Below, piece by piece: positions 34,027 through 45,529 of a stretch of DNA of 61,878 nucleotides (within the stretch, counting starts at the first letter, position 1; each line of letters starts with the position of its first letter). The stretch is from Flectonema sp. DT1601 (taxonomy: Eukaryota), in contig OZ025805.1 of the NCBI GenBank assembly GCA_964019425.1, positions 1,116,001 to 1,177,878 on the forward strand. Direction: 5' to 3'. A model generated the notes under the pieces. It did not search any database. It worked only from the letters and a program-made list of their open reading frames with translations, and was not told the origin of the DNA. Position numbers and translations under genes: made by a program.

Positions 34027-35169
34027 ATGGATTACGAAGATGCGTTACCGACAATAATAATTGACATGGGGGGCTCTGAATTAAAATGTGGATATGGAGG
34101 AGAAGACGCTCCCAGAAAGACTTTTAAAACCATACTGGGATGGCCAAGACATCCTGGGGTGGGTGGTATCATGATGGGTGCAAAGAAAGATATATTCGTC
34201 GGTTCTGAAGTTATCGAAAACAGAGGAAGACTGAGAACTAGTACTCCAGTTGTAAGAGGAGATATTGCTGACTGGGGTGAAGCTGACAAGTTGTTACATC
34301 ATACTTTTTATTCAGAATTAATGATAGCACCTGATGAGCATCCGTTATTAATAATGGAATCACCAGCTACCACCAGAGCTAATCGTGAAAAACTAACGGA
34401 GCTAATGTTCGAAACATTCAACATACCAGCATTAGTAATCGCTAATCAATCTTGTATGTCTTTATTTGCTTCTGGAAGATCAACTGGAACTGTTATCGAT
34501 TCAGGTGATGGAATATCCCACATCGTTCCTATCTGGGAAGGTTATACTCTTCCTCATAATATCGAAACAATGGAACTAGCTGGGCAAGACATTACCGATT
34601 ACCTAATTAGACTTCTTCGTGAACAGGGACTTCCCTTCAGCACTGTCAGCGATAGAGATATCGCTCAAGACATTAAAGAGACGATGTGCTATTCCGCCCT
34701 CGATTTTAACAAAGAATGTGAGAACGCTGCGGTCAGTAGATCTTACGCAAAGAACTACACGATGCCAGACGGCAGTGAAATTCGACTCGTTGAGGATCGC
34801 TTTCGATGTCCTGAAGCGATGTTTAATCCGACCTTGGTAGGGAAGTCACTTCCTGGTATTCATCAGGCTACTTATTCTTGTATTGAGAGATGTGATACTT
34901 TTGTTCAAAAGGAATTCTATAAATCAATTATACTCTCAGGTGGTAATACTCTGTTTCCAAAGTTCGAAGACCGACTGGCACACGACATTCAAAAGCTTTC
35001 AAGTGATCCCGAAAAGCCTGTCCGGGTTGTGGCATTCCCTGAAAGAAAGTACAGCGCCTGGTTAGGTGGATCATTGTTAGCGTCGTTACCAACATTTCCG
35101 ACAATGTGGTTGGCTAAGAAAGAATATGATGACATCGGAGCAGGTGCCATCCACAAGAAATCATTTTAA
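34027..35169 (+). CDS. Divergent actin-like / actin-related protein
   Basis: IIDMGG...KCGYGGEDAP, PDEHPLLIME, TELMFETFNIP, SGRSTGTVIDSGDG, IILSGGNTLFP, ERKYSAWLGGS. Confidence 0.93.
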   Translation: MDYEDALPTIIIDMGGSELKCGYGGEDAPRKTFKTILGWPRHPGVGGIMMGAKKDIFVGSEVIENRGRLRTSTPVVRGDIADWGEADKLLHHTFYSELMIAPDEHPLLIMESPATTRANREKLTELMFETFNIPALVIANQSCMSLFASGRSTGTVIDSGDGISHIVPIWEGYTLPHNIETMELAGQDITDYLIRLLREQGLPFSTVSDRDIAQDIKETMCYSALDFNKECENAAVSRSYAKNYTMPDGSEIRLVEDRFRCPEAMFNPTLVGKSLPGIHQATYSCIERCDTFVQKEFYKSIILSGGNTLFPKFEDRLAHDIQKLSSDPEKPVRVVAFPERKYSAWLGGSLLASLPTFPTMWLAKKEYDDIGAGAIHKKSF

Positions 35170-35409
35170 AACCATCTAATGAAAAGCAATTAACACACTC
35201 TCTCTTTATGTTTATATTACTCTACTCTGGATATGTTCTGAAGTTTAACTTTTTATCGATTGCACTTGTTGACCATCGACACAGATTTCTCTCTTTTCAG
35301 GTTCTGTTCCAAATGAGAGATGTGAGCGAGTAGTTAATAGTTGATTGAGTTCATTTATTTTTTTAAATTACTTATTAAGTTGACTACTTCTCATCAGCTA
35401 TTACTATTC

Positions 35410-36255
35410 ATGAGTATCCATCAATGGAAAAACGTCGAAATTAAAAGACGAAAGCTCGCAGAAGAAGAAACTACTGCAGTGGATGAGGATCGAGTGTATT
35501 TTGATTTTACTATCGGAGGATCTGAAGTCGGTAGAGTTGTAATTCATCTTCATAGTCGAGAGGCACCGAATTGCTGTCTCAATTTTAAAAAGTTGTGTAC
35601 TGGAGAGGAAGGAGTCTCAAGGAAAAACGGATGTAACTTAAGTTATTTGAACACTCCAATTCACAGAGTCGAAAAGAACTTTATCATTCAAGGAGGTGAC
35701 ATCGTTAAAGGGAATGGATCAAGTGGTGAGTGTGCCTTACAATACAACCCCAGAGGAAGAGCTCGTCCTGGTTGCTTCGATGACGAGAATTCATTAATAA
35801 AACACGACAAGCCTGGAAGGGTTTCAATGGCAAATAGAGGTCCGGATACAAATAATTCACAATTCTTTATAACCGTATCACCTTGTCCACATCTTGATGG
35901 AAAGAATACCTGTTTTGGTACCGTAGAATCCGGTCTGGAAGTTATTCTTGCAATGACAAGGCTTGAGGTTTCGGAAGGCAGCAAACCGACGACACCAATT
36001 TCTATAAAATCCTGCGGTCAGCTACCTCTCACTAATCAAAGTGATGTCGAGGGTAAATCAAAAGAGAAGATGGATCTGTTGGCAGCTGCAAAAGATCAGC
36101 TCTTGGAAGGAGTTCGCGACTCTGTCCAGGCAGCTCTGAAGCAAGTCGTGCCACAGCAAGATGATACCACAACGGGAAGAAAGAGTAAATTAAAAAAGAA
36201 GAAAAAATCGAAGTTTGAAATCTCTCTCGATGATTCGGAAAGCAGCGATGACTAA
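35410..36255 (+). CDS. Cyclophilin-type PPIase with a Lys-rich/acidic C-terminal tail
   Basis: VYFDFTIGG, NFKKLCTGE, HRVEKNFIIQGGD, SMANRGPDTNNSQFFIT, HLDGKNTCFG; NLS-like KLKKKKKSK. Confidence 0.93.
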   Translation: MSIHQWKNVEIKRRKLAEEETTAVDEDRVYFDFTIGGSEVGRVVIHLHSREAPNCCLNFKKLCTGEEGVSRKNGCNLSYLNTPIHRVEKNFIIQGGDIVKGNGSSGECALQYNPRGRARPGCFDDENSLIKHDKPGRVSMANRGPDTNNSQFFITVSPCPHLDGKNTCFGTVESGLEVILAMTRLEVSEGSKPTTPISIKSCGQLPLTNQSDVEGKSKEKMDLLAAAKDQLLEGVRDSVQAALKQVVPQQDDTTTGRKSKLKKKKKSKFEISLDDSESSDD

Positions 36256-36609
36256 GGCTCAACTATGAGCCTGCTGTCCTACTTCCTCAAGTCTCCATTT
36301 CTGAAGACAGCGTTGTGCTGTTCTTAACGACGAGCTGCACTACTTCACAACCAGATGACTGAGAAGATGATATCTTACCCGAGAAGTAAACCTGTTGATG
36401 TCTTCTTAACTTATTGAGTCTCTCAATTCTTAATCTTTAAGCGCTGTCTAGGTGCTACTTATGTTTGTTGTGTTTGCATCTTAACTTTATTCACAAACAG
36501 GTTCCCCGTAGTAACGTAACCCAAGAAGAGTTATTACAACTCATCACATTAATAAGTTGATTACTATTTCTAAACAGGACCGGTGGGTGAATCATCAGAC
36601 AGATATAAA

Positions 36610-37422
36610 ATGACGACGTGTGATGTACAAACCAGACTTGTAGGAGCGTTGTTGAGTGGAGGAGTACACGCAGCATTGGAACAGCCAACTATTTTAGTAA
36701 GCTGTCCAATTGTTGCCGCAACAGAAAGGTGTAGAACGAACGGAAGGAGATTCGCAGCAAATATCAAAGAAATGCATTTAAAAGGTCAACTGTGGAGATC
36801 GAAGAACGCACAGATGATGGCGTCACTCCCAAAGAGTGTGACGTACTATTTATTATTCAGATCTTACACTGATTTAGTTGTTGGAGGTGATAAGATGAAC
36901 GATCCAATCAAGACTGCTACTGTTGGTATGCTGACAGGTGCTACAGAGCCACTCATCACAACTCCTTTTAACTTCGTAAACTATCGCATGCAACTACCAG
37001 ATTGGGGATACCGAGGAGTACGCGACTGCGTCAGCCGCGTTTATCAAAAAGAAGGTCTCACAGCATTCTGGTCAGGTCTAACTCCAACTATTGTAAGAAA
37101 TTCTGTTCATGGAGGATGCATGTGGTATTCTATTCCACTTCTTGAATCAAAACTATCTGATGAAACTCCAGCAAAGAAACTCGTTGCGGGAGCAGCTGGA
37201 GGGTTGGTGGGATCGTTTTTCAGCTACCCATTCGAAATGTTGAGAGCTTCCAAAGTTCATCAGTTTGATATTCGTCGGATTCAGAAGCAGGGAATGAGTC
37301 GCCTATTCGCAGGATGGGCACCTGGAGCTACTTACCTCACTGTTTCTGGAGCAATCGTTAACTGTATTCTTCCATTAGTTGGTGTTGACACCTCAAGAAT
37401 CACTGAAAGTATTACTAGTTAG
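36610..37422 (+). CDS. Mitochondrial carrier family (SLC25) protein, divergent
   Basis: TTPFNFVNYRMQ...YRGVRDCVSRVYQKEGLTAFWSGLTPTIVRN and VAGAAGGLVGSFFSYPFEMLR; tripartite layout. Confidence 0.85.
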   Translation: MTTCDVQTRLVGALLSGGVHAALEQPTILVSCPIVAATERCRTNGRRFAANIKEMHLKGQLWRSKNAQMMASLPKSVTYYLLFRSYTDLVVGGDKMNDPIKTATVGMLTGATEPLITTPFNFVNYRMQLPDWGYRGVRDCVSRVYQKEGLTAFWSGLTPTIVRNSVHGGCMWYSIPLLESKLSDETPAKKLVAGAAGGLVGSFFSYPFEMLRASKVHQFDIRRIQKQGMSRLFAGWAPGATYLTVSGAIVNCILPLVGVDTSRITESITS

Positions 37423-37626
37423 TAATTCATTCTGTGAAAGCTTCTCGACTTCCTTAAATTTTCTTATCTGTTTGCGACATAAAATTAATAATCATCTTCA
37501 TCTCTTCTTGGAATGTTTAGCGTGTGTGTGATGTGTTCTCGTAAACACTGCGGTAGTAATGAACTGATTCGCGTCAACTAATATGATGTGAAAGTGATTA
37601 ATTACTGTACTGTGGTTTATCTTAGT

Positions 37627-37658
<32 letters not shown>

Positions 37659-38581
37659 TCCCCTCCTCCTTTGTTACTCATCTCTTTCGAATTCATGCGT
37701 GACGGGGGGTACCTCGCATTCTTGACAAATAAAGAAATTGTTGGTAAATTAGAAATTGAAAAAAAAAGAAAAAAAAAAGAATTTTTTTTATTAAGTAAGT
37801 CATCACAATGAATAAGTCTCTCTTTTGGATAAGGCTGTTAGTCATTTAATCTTGTTGTTCTTCGTCCTCCTCCCTATATTAAAAAAAAAATAAAATAAAA
37901 AAGATTACTTTCAATTCTGTTGCGAAATCCGAATGGTGTTGCGCAAAGAATTCAAACTTAAATATTAAAGAAATTAATTACGATGGGTCATTTGCACGAC
38001 GCGTACAGTTTTTAATGATCATGGCGCGTGTCTGTCGCTCCATTGCAGTGGATAGCTTTTCGAGTCGAGTTGTAACGCGTTGCTAACCTCACGTGACTAC
38101 TGTCTAATCGTTACTCGGTAGTTCTGGGCGATTGACCTGAATGAATGAAAAAAACTTCGAGCTGCTGGTATCGTTTGTTGACATTGCAACAGCATTGCGA
38201 AGTTGAATAAACGAAAAAGAAGAAAAAAAAAATAAAGGAGGACAAAAAAAGTAAAAAGCTACAAAGAATTCCTTTTATTTTTTAATTTTTTATTTAAAAA
38301 TTTGGTTTTGGTTTGTTGATTTTATCGAATTGCTTTCAGCTGAAGATTGCAAGCGATATTTACCTGTGTCGTTTACGTGTTTGATCCCAAAAGAAAAAAA
38401 AAAAAGAAATATTACCACCTGAGTCCTTTGATTGGCTATTGAATGAACTATTCCATCATCACTTTCACTCCTCCACACTCTGCTGTGTTCTTAGTACGTA
38501 TCTCCTTCACTGTACGACGTCTCTCTACACTTATCGTGCATTGAGATTACTACAGGAGGTTGGGTACGATGCTTTGGTTGG

Positions 38582-38614
<33 letters not shown>

Positions 38615-39111
38615 TTACAAAAAAAAACAAATAACCCTGGGTTCGTTGCCTTCGCCTTTTCACTTAGCTGATGACTTGTCGGATACTTTTATACAACAAA
38701 AGTAGAAGTGGATAACCTTTCTTACAATTCTATTTATCTCATAACCGAGAGAAAGGTTTTATCAGTTGGTTTGGGAAAGGAATGAAGCTGCACAGCCAAC
38801 GGTGGGTTTCCCCCGAACGAAGGAACAAAGAAATAATAATAATAATAATAAACTATTAACACATTGAATGAAATTATGGTTCTTTTGTCTCAATCCCAAA
38901 TAATTTAATAAAAAAATAACTCTTTTTAACCTTACGATGGGTTTTGTTAAGTCAAAATAATACAAAGTCACCTCTCTAACAACGTGACATTATTGTATTT
39001 CTGATGGGCTCAACAAGCTAAGGTTCCCCTCCAGATATCGTTGTTAACAACGGCTCCTGCATGAAACCCCTTTAGTCAGTCTTGCGTCTGGGTGATGTTT
39101 TACTTTTTAGA

Positions 39112-39138
39112 AGAAAAGAAAAGAAAAGAAAAGAAAAA
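39112..39138. repeat. (GAAAA)n microsatellite
   Basis: AGAAAAGAAAAGAAAAGAAAAGAAAAA is read directly. Confidence 0.8.
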
Positions 39139-40862
39139 GCTCTGCGAGGAATACAGTGTGTGAGTTCAGAAACACTCAGAACGCCTCAGGCTCACGGAGT
39201 TGCCGAAGTTCTGTAGAAGTCTCACCGCCAAACAAGAAGTATGCACCTCGGACAATAATCTGAGGAGCGTACTTCGAAGAAGGAACAAGTGATAGCAACG
39301 CTTTGGTTAACGAAGTAGCACAGTTTCCTCTGCAAGCGCGCGACGTCTGAAATTAGTGAAAATAATAGAAGAAATGTACTCAATTCACAAGTAGCTTAAA
39401 CAACGGACCTTTTCAAGTGCAGTACTACGTACGTATTTGTTCAGTCTAAGCGGGTCTACTTGCTTTATGAAGCAAACAAATTACTGCAGAGATTCATACA
39501 AAAGTAAGATGGTTTTAATTTACAAACAACTAAAGCAAGGATGAAAAATAAAAATTATTTTCATTTTTTTTTTTACTGTTGGTGTACTGTATGAGACACC
39601 TTTTGTCAGTATCACCGGTTGCTCTCTGTTATGGTTTTTTTTTTGCTTTTTTTTGAGGATTTCGCTGGTTCTCAAGTTATTAGGGAAGAAAATAAAAAGA
39701 ATTCCTCCTTTTTTTTTTTTTTTTTACAGTTACTGTTTTTGTGTCAAGAAATAAACTCATAACCCCCCTTCCCCGTTCTCTCTCGTTGGCTCACTGAAGC
39801 AAATGTTCGTCTTCGTTTTCACAAGTGTGAACTGCCTCGTAGCTCATTGCGATTTCAGCATGTCCTATTCTGGTTTTAGTGCTGCTTGGATTGCGGATTC
39901 GTTTATTTGTTTCAGGAAGAAGTTTAAGTGGTTTTCTCTCGTTTTGAAATTTCATTTATAGTTATCACCTCCTGTGTACCACCCGATCATCAAATTATCA
40001 AAAAAAAAATAAAATAAAACCAGCAACCTCTCGGCAAGGAGAAGGAAACCAAATTACTAAACTGAACTGGTAGATATTATTTCTGCTGGCTATTAATTCC
40101 TTAAAGAGGTTGTTGCTTTTATTTGTTTTTTTTTTTCCTCTTTTTTTTTTTTTTTTGATGAGAAGAATTCTTGTTTGTGATGCTTCCCTTCCCTCGTTTT
40201 GTTAAATTTGTTGTCTTCGATTCCATTTGTTCTCCACATTGTTGAGTTGCCTCTTTAAAAAGAGTTTACTTGCAGCTTTTCTCTTAATGTGATTGTTACC
40301 CTTTTTGAGATTACTTCCTTCACAGTACTTTGTTAACTGGTCAGAATGACTGCTATTGTTGTTCCCTTCAGGTAGTCTCTCGGGGAGATGGCTGCCTGGA
40401 ATATAAATATTTCGTTCTGTCTTTTTCAAAAGATGTATTCAAATTGTTTTATTTGAACCTTTTGATTCTATTTCTAAAGAGTGTTGATTAGGCAATTGAA
40501 AGCTTGTCTCATCGACTCACATGAAAGCGGTGTCACATGAGGAAACGCAATACACAAAAAAAAAGAGAAACTTTAAAAAAGAAAAAAAAAAAAAAAAAAA
40601 AAAAGTTACATCGGTGTGAAATAATAGTTGCAGTTTCGCACCTGCCGCCGTAGTCTCCTTCCCCCCGATGATCCACTTCGAGTATATATTTTTTGTTTTC
40701 AAATATTTGTGATAATAACTGTTTGTGAGTTAGGTTAGATATTTAATTCATTACTTTATTTCTTACAGGTTAAACACACTTTACGTTATCTCCTTATTAA
40801 AGACACAATTCTACTCTCCTGGTTATTTGTTGCTATTTCTCTCAAAAAAGATTATTATAATA

Positions 40863-42050
40863 ATGCAATCCACGACTGATCTGGTCTTGGGGGTAACGGA
40901 AGTGATCATAAGTAACAAGTGGATTATTGCTGGTGTACTTTTTGTAGTTTATTGCGCAGATGGAGTTCTAAGGAAAGGTTTGCTTCATGGAAAGCCTCAA
41001 TTGTATTATAAAAAAGATGACTCAAGAATGAAACGAATCTTAAAGAGAGTAGGGTTGCTAAAGAAACGTTACTTTCCAACATTTTGGGCGCACTCGTCGA
41101 TGATACAGCTCGGATTGTTAACTTTTCAAAAAGTAAGACATAGTCACACAGTTACTTTAAAACCTCACACATTACAATGTCCTGATGGTGGAGAAGTAAC
41201 AGTTGTTGAGTATATCGACAACAAATATCATCAGAACCTGAATCAAGACTCTCCAGTAGTCACCATCCTCCACACGATAACCGGAAATGAGAGAGACGAA
41301 GTGGAGTTCGGAAAATACGCACTAAAACATGGCTGGCGACCAATTATTTTATGTCGTCGTGGACACTACTCGGAGTTGAAGTTACGAACACCAAAATGGA
41401 ACATCATGGGGTCTGTTGATGATACAAAACAAATGATAAATTATATTTCTTCTCTCTACCCGAAAGCATTTATTGGTGCTTGTGGTATGTCTGCGGGAAG
41501 TGGTCAAATTGTTTCTTACATCGGCAGTGCTGATGAAGACTCTCCTGTCAAAGGTGCAGTTTCTCTATGCCCGGCGTACTCCATCGACAAGGCGTTTGGT
41601 AATTTTCATAATAAGAGTCCGTTACTTGCGAAGTATATTTTATCTTGTTTGAAAAGTCACTTCTTAGTTCGCCACGAAGAAGTATTACAAGAAACACCCG
41701 GTTATCATAACGCAATGAGGAGTAGTTCTATTGATGACTTTGTGAAGGAATCAATTACATTTTCTGGTCATCGGTCGTTGGAAGACTTTTTTGAGGAGTC
41801 GAATCCAATGCAACACTATCGTAAAAATAACATTCCTTGTTTGGTTCTTAATTCTATTGATGATCCCCTTTGTGTAGAACGTAATATTCCTTATGATATT
41901 GCAGGTGATACTGTTAACTACGCTTTGATTATTACTAAAGCTGGTTCTCATGTTGGATATCGTGAAGGTCTTCTGGGAGAGTCATCTTTCATGCACAGAT
42001 TAGCAATTGAATTCTTGCAAAGTGTGAAAATAGAACATGACGGAATGTAA
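40863..42050 (+). CDS. ABHD1/2/3 (YheT/EHT1)-family alpha/beta hydrolase
   Basis: N-terminal TM, CPDGGEV, nucleophile elbow GMSAG, NSIDDPL and GSHVGY (catalytic triad). Confidence 0.88.
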   Translation: MQSTTDLVLGVTEVIISNKWIIAGVLFVVYCADGVLRKGLLHGKPQLYYKKDDSRMKRILKRVGLLKKRYFPTFWAHSSMIQLGLLTFQKVRHSHTVTLKPHTLQCPDGGEVTVVEYIDNKYHQNLNQDSPVVTILHTITGNERDEVEFGKYALKHGWRPIILCRRGHYSELKLRTPKWNIMGSVDDTKQMINYISSLYPKAFIGACGMSAGSGQIVSYIGSADEDSPVKGAVSLCPAYSIDKAFGNFHNKSPLLAKYILSCLKSHFLVRHEEVLQETPGYHNAMRSSSIDDFVKESITFSGHRSLEDFFEESNPMQHYRKNNIPCLVLNSIDDPLCVERNIPYDIAGDTVNYALIITKAGSHVGYREGLLGESSFMHRLAIEFLQSVKIEHDGM

Positions 42051-42763
42051 TAGGGGCAAAACGTTTGAAGCTTTCAGTCTCTCTTGTACAGGGAAGTCTA
42101 AGTAGTTCTTAATTACTATTTCTTGTGAACTGACACCGAGTGTGGAATGTTTTTTTGTATTCGGATAAGCGACACATTACTCGTCGATTCCTATCCGATG
42201 TTTTTCTCTCTTTCTTTTATTTTTCTTCCACTATTCATCGTGAAGGGGAAAAGAAAAAAAAGAATGTACTGCGATCATCGAGGATTTGCTTATTTTTTAT
42301 TTATTTTTAAAATTTTTAAGGGAATGAGTCGCAAGGCAGACTTGTTTAACAACGGCTGTCGACAACGAGCAAGATGTTCCTTAAGAACTACTAACGTATA
42401 TTGTAGGAGGGAAGGCTATCTATTTCATTTCACGAACAGATGACAATAGATTACTGCTTTACCTGTTTTTATATTAATCTTATTTTTTTTTAAAACTATT
42501 CTTATCAAAAAAATATTTATTACCATTGTTCTCCTTTGTCGGTAAACACAAAAGTAATAATTTTGTTGTTGTTGTTGTTTTCTTCAGTTGAGAAGAATCT
42601 CTCTAACGAATCCAACTGGCTGCGACTTTGTTTTGGTGATCAGAAATTGATTATTCAGACAGGAAAGTCATTTGAGTTGAATTATAAATCCAACGCTAGG
42701 GACTTGGCTATCTTGTGTTTTTTATTTTCATTCAAAAGCTTATCAACTCTCTCTAAACAAAAG

Positions 42764-44647
42764 ATGGCATACCCGGGAGCTAAGATTGCTGATGGCGCTG
42801 GGTCTGGAGGTCCACCAGAGAGCGGAATTATGTTCCCAACAAAGCCACAGAGATGGCACATCCCAGAACCTGCTAAGAAGATGTGGAAGCATCAGGAGAA
42901 TCTGCCAAGGTTGCCGATCCCTGAACTGGAACACACGCTGGCGATGTACTTGAAAAGTGTTCAACCACTTTGTGATGCTGCCCAGTGGGAGAAGACAAAG
43001 AATGCAGTAGCGTCATTCTTGACAAGTCCAAAGTCAACTGAACTTCAACAGAGACTCCAAAAGCGCGCGGCGGAAAAGGGAAACTCTTCTTGGCTTATTG
43101 ACTGGTGGAATGAGCTTTCATACTTCGGATACCGTGAGTCGGTTGTTGTAAACGTTTCGTACTTTTATCAATTTAAGTCCGACAACTACTCATCTGGAAA
43201 CCCACTTATACGTGCTGCCGGTCTCGTAAAGGCAGCTCTCGAATTCAAACAAATGATTGCTACCGATGTACTCGCACCGGAGATGTCAGGTAAGAAGCCA
43301 CAAGACATGTCTATGTACAGATACTTGTTCAACGCAATTAGAGTTCCTTACCAGGGAAAGGATTTCTACGAGACATTTGATATGAATGCTCACAACCACA
43401 TCATTGTGGCAAGAAGGGGAAAATTCTATTCCGTGGAAGTGAACAGAAAAATGGCCATTGCTGACATCAGCTCGCTACTTCAGTCAGTTGTGGCCCAAGC
43501 GGCTAAGGGAGACAAGAATGATATCGGTATCCTTACAAGTGATCACAGAGATAGATGGGCAGCAGCATACAAGGAACTCAACAATGACATGCTCTCAGAA
43601 GAAAGCATTAGACAAATTGCAAGCTCTTCATTCGTCGTTTGTCTGGATGAAGAAAAACCTTCGAACGTAGGAGAGAAGGCGAGAAACTGCTGGCACGGAA
43701 ACGGAACCAACAGGTGGTTCGATAAGCCACTTCAGTTTATTGTTGCAGACAATAATGAAGCTGGTTTCACTGGAGAGCACGGTATCATGGACGGTCAGCC
43801 AACTAACAGATGTGTTGACTGGGTGCTATCTTACCTTGCTAAGTCAGGGCAGTCATTGGTGTCCGCCCCTCGTACTTGCTCCTCACCTCAGCAACCAAGG
43901 GAGCTGCAGTGGAATGTCAACAGCTCTGTTACGAAATCAATTGACGTAGCTCATCACGCATTCGCAGATCTAATTGACTCGCAAGTGATGGAAGTTCTCG
44001 ACTGGACACAATTTGGTAAAGACGGTCTTAAAAAATTGAGAGTGTCACCTGATGCTTTCGTTCAGATGTCGCTTCAGTTGGCGTACAACAGAATTCACAA
44101 CAAGTTCCCGGCAACATACGAGGCTTGCAGTACTCGTTCGTACCTACACGGAAGGACTGAAACGATCCGTTCTTGTCACACACCTGGAGCAGATTTTTGC
44201 AGAGCGATGAACGACAGTGGTGTATCTGCTCAACAAACTTATGGCTTATTGCAGAAGGCAGCGGCACACCAGTCAGCGTACGCCCGCAAAGCAACGCAAG
44301 CCATGGGATGTGATCGTCACTTGCTCGGATTAAAGTTATGTTTGAAGTCTGGTGAGGAAACTCCAGAAATCTTCTCGGATCCTATGTTTTCATACTCCTC
44401 TAGTTGGGTTTTGAGTACATCCGCTCTTGCCAGCGAGCACTTCTCCTGTTGGGGATTTGGTGAGGTTGTTTCAAACGGATACGGAATTGGTTATTTAGTA
44501 AACAAAAACAACGTCGCCTTCACCATCTCAACTTTGAAGACTCATCCGCACCCTGCTGCACTCTTCAAGAAGGAGCTAAAGCAGGCAATTGCTGAAATGC
44601 ACGCTATGTGTCAAAAGGCTCTTAACTCACCAGCCGCTAAGCTGTAG
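42764..44647 (+). CDS. Carnitine O-acetyltransferase, peroxisomal (PTS1 -AKL)
   Basis: LPRLPIPELEHTL, SWLIDWW, NRWFDKPLQ, catalytic GEHGIMDG, SPDAFVQMSLQLAY, GRTETIR, LSTS; ends AKL; ATG at 42764. Confidence 0.93.
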   Translation: MAYPGAKIADGAGSGGPPESGIMFPTKPQRWHIPEPAKKMWKHQENLPRLPIPELEHTLAMYLKSVQPLCDAAQWEKTKNAVASFLTSPKSTELQQRLQKRAAEKGNSSWLIDWWNELSYFGYRESVVVNVSYFYQFKSDNYSSGNPLIRAAGLVKAALEFKQMIATDVLAPEMSGKKPQDMSMYRYLFNAIRVPYQGKDFYETFDMNAHNHIIVARRGKFYSVEVNRKMAIADISSLLQSVVAQAAKGDKNDIGILTSDHRDRWAAAYKELNNDMLSEESIRQIASSSFVVCLDEEKPSNVGEKARNCWHGNGTNRWFDKPLQFIVADNNEAGFTGEHGIMDGQPTNRCVDWVLSYLAKSGQSLVSAPRTCSSPQQPRELQWNVNSSVTKSIDVAHHAFADLIDSQVMEVLDWTQFGKDGLKKLRVSPDAFVQMSLQLAYNRIHNKFPATYEACSTRSYLHGRTETIRSCHTPGADFCRAMNDSGVSAQQTYGLLQKAAAHQSAYARKATQAMGCDRHLLGLKLCLKSGEETPEIFSDPMFSYSSSWVLSTSALASEHFSCWGFGEVVSNGYGIGYLVNKNNVAFTISTLKTHPHPAALFKKELKQAIAEMHAMCQKALNSPAAKL

Positions 44648-45529
44648 GGTAACTACCAATACCTATTTGCCTTACCAGGAATTGAACTGTATCAAAATTC
44701 TGGAGGGGAGTTTGAACTTGATAGGATTTATCAAAACACATTCTTTCTATTCTTGTATCTAAACTAAATCCGTTATATCTCACCGGGTTGTATTCTTTCT
44801 CACATCTTCCTCTCTCTGTTTCTTTACTTACCTGGTAAGTGTTTTATTGTTTTTTTACCAACAGTGATGTTACTGCTGAGAAGGAGGTTCAGCCGGGCTG
44901 CTTGAGTTGGTTTTGCAAATGTGAATTACAAATACGGACACAAGCAGAATCTAAAAATGGCTGAACCTCGACTCATTTTCTACCCAAAATGAGAACCTTT
45001 TATTCGTCTTCATAACCGAAGTATGCACATTGTTGTCATCTTCGTTTTCCCATCAGAATTCGCGAGTGCTGAAAGAAGAGTTCCCTGTTATTTGAGTTTT
45101 CCCGTTCTGCGTAATGGCGCGTGCTGCTGACCAAAGTGTTCCTGTGTTGTGAATTACCGACACTAAGAGAAAGGGGAAAAAAGAACAAAAATAATTAAGA
45201 GCTCGCTGAAAAAAGTACTAGTGTACAGGCGAGTTTAACGAAAAAAATTCAAAAAAAAGAAGCAAAAAAAAAAAAATCAAAAAATTGGATCATAACAGAA
45301 AAGAGGGGGCGAAATGACGGCCACCGCCGATCATTTCCCAACCTGGTCCGTCATACGTTACTAGTTTAAGATGCAACGATTATCCGTCTTTGATTATTCT
45401 TTTTTTGATATTTCAGGTATTGAAGTAGCACAGAAATGATGTTCTGAATTAAACAAACTGTTTCAGATTTTCACTTCGGAAAAGGAATCATAAATAAATT
45501 ACTTACTCCACACTATAGGTAGCAGCAAT

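Noticed and set aside
38668..38720. CTGATGA as a hammerhead core or box C
   Set aside because: No properly placed stem II-GAAA, and no box D with terminal stem found.
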